The notes under the pieces: generated by a model
Told to the model about the DNA's origin: nothing
What the model saw: only the letters and a program-made list of their open reading frames with translations
Database searches by the model: none
Position numbers and translations under genes: made by a program
DNA from: Rhina ancylostomus
Taxonomy: Eukaryota
Direction of reading: 5' to 3'
Assembly: GCA_030265395.1 (NCBI GenBank)
Contig: JARFYF010000052.1
Location: 28,975,342 to 29,039,341, forward strand
DNA length: 64,000 nucleotides
Part shown: in pieces, positions 12,490-22,362 of the stretch
Layout of the letters: each line of letters opens with the position of its first letter
How positions within the stretch are numbered: position 1 is the stretch's first letter

Positions 12490-13320
12490 TCTAGAAAGAA
12501 GGGAGAGAAAAGACATAACTGCATGCCTTTTGGATAAACACTAGTTGTTGGGAATATGCTGGAATCTATTATTGAGGAAGAGATAGCTGAGCACTTAGGA
12601 GACCATAATGCGATAAAGCAGATTCAACATGGTTTTATCAAAGGGATATCTTGTTTAAGAAATTTATTGAGAATGCCACCAGAGAAGTAGTTGAGGGGCA
12701 GCCAGGAGAGGTAGTGTGTTTCGATTTGCAAAAGATATTAGATGAGATGCCACATAAACAATTATTGCACAAAATGAGAGTTCATTCGGTTTGGTAGTAA
12801 CATTTAGTTAATTAATGGAAAACAAAGTTAAGGCTAAAATGGGTCATTTTCATTTGGCAAGCTCTCTCTAGTGGGGTACCTCAGGAATCAAGGCTGGGGC
12901 TTTGCTGTTTACAAGCTGTATTATTGACTGTATTAAAAACTAATATTTACGTGTTTGCCAATGATGCAAAGATAGATGTGAAAATAAGTTGTGAAGGTGT
13001 TCAAAAGGGACTGCAATAGGATCCAGACAGCTTAAGTGAGTAGTAAAAAACAAAATAATTTTGGGTACAATGAGTGCAAATGTGAGGGGAAAAGGAAAAT
13101 TAGAGTATATATGTATTTCAATGATGTGAGATTATTAAAATGGTGTGAGCACCCTTTAGCAGGCACACCAAGTAACTGAGGAGGCAAATAGGATATTGAT
13201 CATGATGTTAAAGAAGGGTGGTATACAAATGCAAGGAGTCTTGATCTTAAGTTAGATCACATAGGGAGTACTATAAACAAATTTGGTATTGTTCTTTAAA
13301 GAAGGATAAACTTGCATTCT
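12490..13320 (+). mobile_element. Heavily decayed CR1 RT fragment
   Basis: QHGFIKGISCLRNLL, SGVPQES and FANDAKI-type remnants with many indels. Confidence 0.75.
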
Positions 13321-13418
13321 TGATGATTGATTTTGTTTTCTGAGGAAATATTGAGCACAACAGTTTTGAAGAATGAGTGGTAAGCTCATTGAAATAAAAT
13401 CTTGATGGGGTTTCATGA

Positions 13419-13652
13419 GGCAGGGATGGTAGTGTAGTGGTTAACATAATACTATTACAGCGCCAGCAACCTGGGTTCAATTCCAGCTGTTGTCTGTAAG
13501 GAGCTTGTACGTTCTCCCCGTGTCTCTGTGGGTTTCCTCCCACATTCCAAAGACGTATGGGTTAGGAAGTTGTGGGCGTACTATGTTGGCGCCGGAAGCG
13601 TGGCGACACTTGCGGGCTGCCCCCAGAACACTCCATGCAAAGATGCATTTCA
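13419..13652 (+). mobile_element. tRNA-derived V-SINE-like element
   Basis: Pol III box A-like tagtgtagtgg and box B ggttcaattcc, followed by the core ggagcttgtacgttctccccgtgtctctgtgggtttcctcccacattccaaagacgt. Same tail as the minus copy at 46215-46386. Confidence 0.85.
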
Positions 13653-15959
13653 TACAATTTCATTTTCACTTCCAAGCAGGTTTCTGCGAAAGAGTGTTTC
13701 TTGTACAACCAGAGCTCTCAGGACACTTAATAGACTTAAATAATTTAATTCAAATGTGCTCTAATTTTCCTCTTCCTCTTACATTTCCACTCGTTGTACT
13801 CAACTTATTTAATTTTGGCTAATTACTTAAGCTATTTGGATCCTTTTTGGAGTCCCTTTGGTATCTCTTCACAACTTACACATCTTTCATAAATTCCACA
13901 TTCCTCCTTACACTGTAGCTCCCATTATTATTTTCTTCATCATGGGCCTGCAGGTTCTTCTGTTGCTATTCACATAAAGAATGAACAAGGACAGAGCTAG
14001 CAATAAATGGCCTTTTATTTGAGGTAGTGCAGTACAATGTTATTCCACATGGTGTATATACAGCTCTGAGGTACACATGTTCATTTGAGATTGCTTCCCC
14101 TTTAAAAAGAAGTAACAAACTCTTACAAATTGTCACTCATATACATATAAGTTATATCAACAGTTATCCATGAGTCTTGTGTGTTTACTTTTCTTTGGTC
14201 TTTTGTGCTACTGTTCATGAACACAAGTAACAAGGTTAGAGCAAGTAACAAAATATTTTTGAGTGAAGGCAGTCATACTTAACCAATAATAATAGTGGGT
14301 TGAACAATGTATTATGATTTGTCCACATGGTTTAAAGTGGTTCTAAAATGTACACAGACATTCAAATCGACAAGTGAAGAGGATACAGCTGGATTTCCAT
14401 GAACTTGAGGGGTCCCATGAATGGGAATGGTACTTTTGTTTAGTCTTCGCCTTGCTTGCAGTGCTTAACAAATAATTTTCAAAACACCTGGCAAATATTG
14501 CTGTAAAGTTAGTATGTGTTTGGCAGAGTTTTCGCTGCACAGGCTCTGATGCCCAATTACACGACTGCCTGAACAAATTCCAGATTAAAGTCCTCTTTCA
14601 CCTCGTGCTTTTCATTTTAGTGACAATTTCTGTTAATGACACATGCACTTGAACTATTCTGCTTTTATCACCACCATATGGCTACTGACTGATGCACCCC
14701 AAAAACAAATGAGATCAGTAGTCTATACTTGTATTCAGAAAGTAAAATCTAAATTTTGTATGGCTGATTTATTGACATACAGATTTAGTGGTGTGGTGAG
14801 ATAAAATACTGCTTTTCCAAACTGGATTTGTTTTTTTTATGTTTTTTAATTGGTTAAAACAGAATAATTCAAGGCTGAATTTTTTTGACTACAGGTTAAT
14901 CAAGGGTAATGGGGATTAGTATCATCTATGATATTACTGTTCGGCAGAACAGACTCTAGGCTGATTGAGCTGTCTCTGCTCCTATTTCTTGGAATATAAA
15001 GTACTGTTCTGAGTATTTCTTGCGGTTTCTGTTTTTACAACAGATATTGAGAATCTAATGTTGATATGTCAGAAAAGTACTCAGAGCAATGAAGAGTTCA
15101 AAATGAACTTCAGCATGAATTTCTTGATTAAATTATGTAGTTAAAAAATCATTATTGTTTCTTAAAATGTGACTAATATGTGTGTTTGTCTTGTGATGCT
15201 GTTGATAATCACTTCTGTGAGTAGATTTTATCATGTGTTGGTCTTGTGATGGTATGCAAGTCAGGCTTGTCAGAATAATCTCTGTTAAATCATCNNNNNN
15301 NNNNNNNNNNNNNNNNNNNNNNNNNNNNNNNNNNNNNNNNNNNNNNNNNNNNNNNNNNNNNNNNNNNNNNNNNNNNNNNNNNNNNNNNNNNNNNNNNNNN
15401 NNNNNNNNNNNNNNNNNNNNNNNNNNNNNNNNNNNNNNNNNNNNNNNNNNNNNNNNNNNNNNNNNNNNNNNNNNNNNNNNNNNNNNNNNNNNNNNNNNNN
15501 NNNNNNNNNNNNNNNNNNNNNNNNNNNNNNNNNNNNNNNNNNNNNNNNNNNNNNNNNNNNNNNNNNNNNNNNNNNNNNNNNNNNNNNNNNNNNNNNNNNN
15601 NNNNNNNNNNNNNNNNNNNNNNNNNNNNNNNNNNNNNNNNNNNNNNNNNNNNNNNNNNNNNNNNNNNNNNNNNNNNNNNNNNNNNNNNNNNNNNNNNNNN
15701 NNNNNNNNNNNNNNNNNNNNNNNNNNNNNNNNNNNNNNNNNNNNNNNNNNNNNNNNNNNNNNNNNAAATTTTAACTTAAACAACACCTTGAGCTTTACAA
15801 TTGAAGCAGCAATTGGACACACATTCACTTACAAGAGAAACCAAGATTGAAAGTGCATTGATTTGAATGATTTGGGAAAAGGTAGTTGAATGAGAGAATC
15901 AAACAGAAGTGCAGAAAGCTGAGGCAGAATGTAAGTTGTAGGAAGATCTAGTTGTTTGA

Positions 15960-16113
15960 TAGGTCTGGTTGAAAACCTACATTTTAAGTGAATGATAGAA
16001 AAATAGGGGGCTATGTAGGAGGGAAGGGTTAGATAGATCCTAGAGCAGGATAAAATGTCAGCGCAACATTGTGGGCCCAAGAGCCTGTACTGTGCTGTAG
16101 TGTTCTATGTTCT
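15960..16113 (+). mobile_element. CR1 LINE 3' end
   Basis: Near-identical to 4020-4144; ends gtgttctatgttct. Confidence 0.8.
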
Positions 16114-16699
16114 GTAAATTGATGCGCTTAAGGGTAAGGAAGAGGTGCGAAGAAAATGAGTGTGTGATGTTTCTTATGTTAAGTGTACATCACTAAATAT
16201 AATTTGTGGGTTGAAAAGTTCAAATGGAATTTTGGATCATGCGAATCTCTTCTATGCCTTCTCTAAAGCTTTTATATCCTCTTGCCATTTCTACCTGTCA
16301 TAGCTTTGGAGCTCTGTTTAATGTTTACCGTCTGGACTTGTATATATAACTCTTGGTGTAATCACACATTTCTGTGTACAACTGTCTATTCCTTTATCTA
16401 GGTCATTTAATTAAATGTCATTGGAGGATGCCATAAGTAGTATTTCCCAATCATCCCTGCTGTCTCCTAACTTCTGAACAAACTAACAATCTCCTGTACA
16501 TAGTAACTGCCCATTACGTGTACTCATTTTTGCTGATCTCCTCTGGAAATTTTTGTTAAGCAGTTTTTGGTACAAGCTGATACTCTCATTTTGAAATTTG
16601 AGCTTCACAAACTAACTGACTGGCAGCCTACACCATCATGGGACACAATATAGGATAGCGTGCCTTGGAAAGCAACCTATCCATCACCTCCTTGTTAAA

Positions 16700-17260
16700 G
16701 GGCTTGAGGCCATTTTAAAGGGCATTTAAGAGTCAATCATATGGCTGTGCTCTGGGGGCATGTAGGCGAGACTTGTGCATTAGTGAACTGGATAAGCTTT
16801 TAACAACAATCCAGTAGCTTTGTGGTCATAGTGACCAACTTTTCTCAAATTTCAGATTTCTCCAAGTACTGTATTGCATCTGAGTTCTCCAGCTGCCACG
16901 ATGGGATTCAAGCATGTGTCCCTGGATTAATAGAGACTGCAGATGCTTGAATCTAGAGCAACAAACAAAAGGTGGGAGGAATTCAGGTGGTCAGGCAGCA
17001 TCTGTGTGAGGGAAATGGTCAATTGACATTTTTGGGTTGTGCTCTTTTATCTGGACCGAAAGAGGGAAGGGAGATGGCCAGTTTAAAGAATGAAGCGAAG
17101 GGGTGGAGCCTTGATGAAGACTCCCAGATGAAGGGACTTAACCCAAAACGTCAACTGTCTATTTCCCTCGATGGATGCTGCCTGACATGCTGAGATCCTC
17201 GAGCATTTTGTTTGTTGCTCCCTGGATTAATAATCTTGGTTGCCAATTACTTGTTCAGAT
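16700..17260 (-). mobile_element. Decayed SINE hosting a palindromic insert at 16933-17218
   Basis: cattagtgaactggat..., gccacgatgggattcaa (reverse box B-like). The sequence resumes after the duplicated site tccctggattaata. Confidence 0.6.
16933..17218. mobile_element. Penelope-derived palindromic non-autonomous element with a 14-bp target duplication
   Basis: Arms gagcaacaaacaaaa...caggcagcatc and gatgctgcctga...ttttgtttgttgctc. Direct repeat TCCCTGGATTAATA at 16919-16932 and 17219-17232. Confidence 0.8.
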
Positions 17261-17849
17261 GATGTGGCTACCCCTCAAGTGAGGCTATGCATCTAGGCCT
17301 CAAAACCCAAATAACAGAAAGCAGTGATCTTACCCTGGGGTTGATTTAATGTGGAAATAAGTTCCCATTTCAATCAAGGTAAGCGTAGGAGGTGGAAATG
17401 GTTGGAAGCGTATCAAGTAGGAGTGAAGGATGTTTGTGTGGAGTGCACTGACATCATTTGGCCGAATGATCTATTGTTGTGTTGTAATTGCTGTGTAATG
17501 TGCAACAATGCTGCTCTTATAAGATCTTTTGATGAAATGTTTACCTGTGTGAATGATACATGTTTAACTAAATCCAGTTTAGCAGAAATTAAGAGGGCCT
17601 GTGATATGATGCACTTAGCCCATCTATTTGATTTGTCACTTCCAAGAGGAGCACCCTGAGTGGACAAAACCAACAATAAGATCAAAAGGCACTCCACTCA
17701 GAAATAAAACTTGCTAACTTTTGCATTAGTTCATTTACTGTATTGAAAGGTTATGCATTGAGAACACTTTGGTCTACTTTAATTTAGTGAGAAGCAACTG
17801 AAACAATTGGGAAACAATCCTGTTCTTGTGAAAATTGTGCAAAATGAAA

Positions 17850-18307
17850 GCTAGTGAGGGGGGAGGGAACTGGAGGAGTAGGTCAGGGGAAGAAGGGGAT
17901 AGGGAAAAGTTAGATCAAACAGGAAGAGAGACTTTGGGGAAGGAGAAGCAGAGCACAGGCTATAAAAGTAGTAAGGTGGATGGACTGAAGTGTGTTTACA
18001 TAAATGCAAGAAGTGTCAGGAATAAGGGAGATGAGCTGAGGGCTTGGATAAGTATGGGGGACTATGATATTGTGGCTATAACTGAGACATGGCTGATGTT
18101 AGGGCAGGAGTGGATGTTGAATATTTCTGGTTTTCAGTGTTTTAAAAGGGATAGCGAAGGTGGGAGAAGAAGAGGGGTGGCGATACTGGTCAGGGACACT
18201 GTTACGGCTGTGGAAAGGGTGGATGCTGTGGAGGGATCGTCTCTAGAGTCCGTGTGGGTGGAAGTAAGGAACAAGAAAGGAGCAGTTACTCTACTGGGAG
18301 TATTCTA
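17850..18307 (+). mobile_element. CR1 ORF2 N-terminal APE endonuclease fragment (runs into an N gap)
   Basis: Open frame LKCVYINARSVRNKGDEL...DIVAITETWL...FKRD...GVAILVRD...ESVWVEVRNKKG. Confidence 0.92.
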
Positions 18308-19174
18308 NNNNNNNNNNNNNNNNNNNNNNNNNNNNNNNNNNNNNNNNNNNNNNNNNNNNNNNNNNNNNNNNNNNNNNNNNNNNNNNNNNNNNNNNNNNNN
18401 NNNNNNNACTGACATTTACTGAGATGACACTTGCTCTTAAAAAAAAAACTCAAGGAGTTTGGTGGGGTTTGTCCCTTCTGAATGTGTGGGGCTCCATTTG
18501 AACACTCAAGTTTGTTAGTCAGTTTACCCATTATTTAGCCATTTATCCATATTGGACTAATACTCCTATAGGTACCTGGGTTTACTTTATAGGATTTCTT
18601 GACATTTTTGTCTTGTTGGCTTGTTTACAGCTTGGTGGCACATCAACTGTTGTCATTAAGTTCTTCATGATAGCCATCAGCTTTCATAGATTTAATCTCT
18701 AACCTTATTAAGTAGCTTTGTATCTATCATTTACCTCTGGGGATTTATTGATTTTCTTTAAACCTATGTGAAATGACACTGTAAGTGATGGTAAATAATT
18801 AAGTTTACTGTAGAATTTCCTATAATTGGAGGCACAACGTAAATGTCTTCACCAGAGAATTTTTCTAGGATGTTCTCATTAAGCATGTTATCTAACTTTA
18901 GTTAAATTTCAGTTTTCATTCTTAAAATGGAACGGTCTTATTGGCAGAGCACTGGAAGAATTTCTTGGTATAACACTAGGCCTTTACAAGTTGATAGTCC
19001 ACCAGTTTTTTTAAAATTACTTTAAGCATCCATTTCTTTCGTTATTATACCATGATAATTGTAGCTTGTGTTCCTTATATTTCTTTTGTTTTTTTTAAAT
19101 TAACCATTTAGCATTATTCTTCTTGAGTTGATGCTTATGTGGTGGAGCACTGATAGAAGTGAACACTATTAATA

Positions 19175-19400
19175 TTAAACCAAGCCCCTATCTCCCTTCT
19201 AAAGCAGAAGGAAAGATCCCTTGACTCTATCTGAAGAGCAAGGGGATTTTCCTTGGTCTCCAGGCCAAGATTTATCCCTCAACTAGCATCACCAAAAACT
19301 ACAGCTTATTCAAATATATAAGTACAGGTCATTATCTTGTTGACCAAATTGGCAGCTATGTTTTCCAAAATTACAACAATTGCCCCTCTGAAGTACTTCA
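19175..19400 (+). mobile_element. DeuSINE (SacSINE1/AmnSINE-like) fragment
   Basis: aaagatcccttgactctatctgaagagcaaggggattttccttggtctccaggccaagatttatccctcaac...caaattggcagctatgttttcc resembles the Deu domain as I recall it. Confidence 0.65.
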
Positions 19401-20061
19401 CATGTACTGACGTGCACACAGATGTATGTACATTTCTTCCTATCACTTGTTCTTTCTTTCATCCCAGTTGGGCACTCTGAAAATCCTATTAGCATCACAT
19501 ATGTGCTCTTGTCTCCTTTATTCTCAGTGCATTTTCTTCTTTCAAACAGCCTACTGCAAGTCATGTTGCAAAGCACTTCGATACTAATAAATCTACTTCA
19601 TCCTTTGACCATTCCTGAACGTTCCACAGTCCTGTGCAATGTATTCATTTCCTTTTATCTGAGGTCAACTGAATCTCTGAAGTTTGCACTATTTCATAAT
19701 TATCAATTTCCATAAGATCTTGTAGTGTTGGACATAAGTCACAAACTAAACATTCTTCAATTTTTTTGTTTATATTCCATATGTCTCAAATTGTCTTCTG
19801 GAACATTTTAGTTGATATGCATTTTTAAAATGCTGGACTTCTCCATGGCCTGTGATAGAATCTGAAACTGAAGTCCTAAATAACTCAATATCATGTGCAG
19901 ATTTAGCAAAATCTATGCCCATGGAACTATTTCTTCCAGTGTCTGTCTGAGCTGTAGTATGTGGTTTATTCTCTGATATCTTTCAATTAAATTTAACAGT
20001 TCCTTCATCCAAATATCAACAGGCACATTGTTTATTTCATGAATAGGAATGTATTATTACT

Positions 20062-20277
20062 CAATCTGCTGGAGGAACTGAGCAGATTAAGCAGCATTTG
20101 TGGGAGGAAGGGAATTGTCAACATTTCAGATAGAACCCTAGCATCAGGACTGATGCAGTACTTTGACCTGAAACATCAACAGTTCCTTTTTACCCCAACA
20201 GATGCTGCTCCATCCACTGAGTTCCTCCTATAGATTGTTTCTTGCTCCAGATTCCAGTATCTGCACCTCTTGTGTCT
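20062..20277. mobile_element. Penelope-derived palindromic element
   Basis: Inverted arms caatctgctggaggaact...gcagcatttgtggg / cagatgctgctc...gagttcctcc...gattg around the centre gcatcaggactgatgc. Same family as 21488-21688. Confidence 0.8.
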
Positions 20278-21320
20278 TCATTCCTATTCATACTTTTGAT
20301 AAAGATTCATTTCTGCATCCCTCATTCTCTGTGCTAATCATTACATACTTCCAGTCTTCGTCCTTGGTATTGACCAAGTTCTTCCTGATCTCAACCATAT
20401 ACTTCGAAGAAGCATGGGCCATTGCTGTCTCTACCAGTTCTGCAATATCATGAATAGAAGATCTCCTGGAATTTGAATACCACTCCTGTATCCACAAGTG
20501 CTGCTTGAGTACTCTTGCTTGCCTGGATAGAATACCAGGCATGATGGATACCACCTCTTGTGCTTCTAGATCCCAGTCTCTTTCTCCATTGCAGTTTTTC
20601 TTTCTATTTTCTTTGGTCCTTTTTTCAATCAATCACATTATGGTCAGAGGAATTTTGAACATTTCACAACAGTCTCCTGTGTTGCAAATTTGCTGTACCA
20701 CATGACTTTCCTCTTCCTCTCAGTGTTCAAATCAAGACTCATTAAATTATCTGTTGCTTCAACTTAGTCTGTCCTCTGATCTCTAAACTGTGGAATGCTT
20801 TGTATCTTTAGTTTTTCCTTCCATTCATAATATGCAGTCTTTTAAAATCCAAGAGCATTACCTACTTACAGATTTACATCGTCTACTCTTTTTCATCTTG
20901 GTAATTTCCTACATGATGACCCATCACCTTGTTTTTATTCCAATGATAAAAAAAAACTCTGCTACAACTTTAAAATCTACTATAATTCAATTATTACTTT
21001 TGTACATTAGAAAAACAATCTTTTTTAAAAAAATCAACATGACAAGCGTAAATCTTTAATGAATAATGTCTGTCAAGGTTGGGTCTTTTTGATGTTAAGA
21101 ATCTGATCTGAATCAGCATGAATAGCAACGAAGGACTGCAATTTCTTTCTCTTTATCTGTAAATGCTCATATCTGCATTTGGAAACAGAAACCACAATCC
21201 TACACCATCTGGTAATAGTCTGCAAAAGAAAACATGCCACAACAAAGCATTATGAATTCTGTGCTATACATTGTGGAGTTATGCGTGACCTATCAAGACA
21301 ATATTTTGAGAACGCTGATG

Positions 21321-21918
21321 CAGTAAAACTCTCTGATAATCTGCTATCCAGCTAAACCCTGATGGATCAGCATCTGGCCCACCAGGTGTCGTTTGTCACA
21401 CTCCCCCTCCGCACACTGGGGATCCAGGTCCTGTATTCCCCTGCCCTGTGCTGTGGCTCCAGTTCCTATGCTCTCTCTCTCCACTCAAGATGCAAGAGAC
21501 TGCAGATCCTGGAATCTGGAGCAACAAACAATCTACTAGAGAAACTCAGTGGGTCCAGCAGCATCTGTGGGAGGAAAGGAATTGTCAACATTTTGCATTC
21601 TGATGCAGGGTTTCACCCTGAAACGTTGACAATTCTTTCCCCCGACAGATGCTCGACCAGTTGAGTTTCTCCAGTAGATTGTTTGTTGCTCTCTCTCCAC
21701 TCACCAGGGCTCCAATTCCTGCATTGCCTTTTAACTCATTAGGGCCCTCGTTCCCATGCTCCCATTAAACTTGCCTGGTTCACTGGGAAATTTATTGCAA
21801 TACTGTGTAACATCTAAAAATAAAAGTACGTTCCGGTATTAATAGAAATAATGTCCAACGGTCCAGAAAACCTGCTAAACCAAACTCCTGAGTATAATGG
21901 ATTATCAGAGTTTTACTG
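21321..21918. mobile_element. pogo/Tigger-like MITE containing a nested palindromic insert
   Basis: TIRs CAGTAAAACTCTCTGATAATC (21321) and GATTATCAGAGTTTTACTG (ending 21918). Flanks are TG/CA rather than TA/TA. Confidence 0.8.
21488..21688. mobile_element. Penelope-derived palindromic element with a 15-bp target duplication
   Basis: Arms gagcaacaaacaatctactagagaaactca / tgagtttctccagtagattgtttgttgctc. Direct repeat CTCTCTCTCCACTCA at 21473-21487 and 21689-21703. Confidence 0.85.
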
Positions 21919-22034
21919 CATTGTATTATCTTGTACTACTAAGAGCAAGATTCTTACCATTTGGGATTGGTATAGTCAAGTCAGATGCCATTTGGTCACC
22001 TGTCCAAAGATGTTCAAACTTGCTTTGTTCTGTT

Positions 22035-22362
22035 ATAGAATCATAGAGAGAGAAAGCGCAGAAACAGGTTCTCCAGCCTACTGTGGCTGTACTGAACATC
22101 AGCCACCCATTTACACTAACGCTACATTAATCCCATTTCTTTTATTCTTCCCACATTCTCATGAACTCCTCCTGCATTCTGGCATTCACCTGCACATTAG
22201 GGGGAATTTATAGTTGTCAATTAACCTGCACATCTTTGGAATGTGGAAGGAAACCAGAGCACCTGGAGGAAACCCACATAGTCACAGGGAAAGTATGCAA
22301 ACTCCACATGGACAGCACCCAGGGACTCTGGTGTGTGAGGCAATGGTTTGACTAGCTGTGCC
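22035..22362 (-). mobile_element. HE1/V-SINE-like element with a CR1-type tail
   Basis: Reverse V-core tctttggaatgtggaaggaaaccagagcacctggaggaaacccaca...tgcaaactccaca, with a tail atagaatcataga. Confidence 0.8.

Noticed and set aside
13419-13495. tRNA-like A and B boxes
   Set aside because: The head of a SINE; no complete cloverleaf, and it continues into the SINE core.
17835-18422. Apparently intact endonuclease ORF as a host gene
   Set aside because: It is the CR1 ORF2 APE domain, truncated at a gap, with no evidence of domestication.
20288-20632. 114-aa minus-strand ORF
   Set aside because: No recognisable motif; probably chance or a very old TE remnant.
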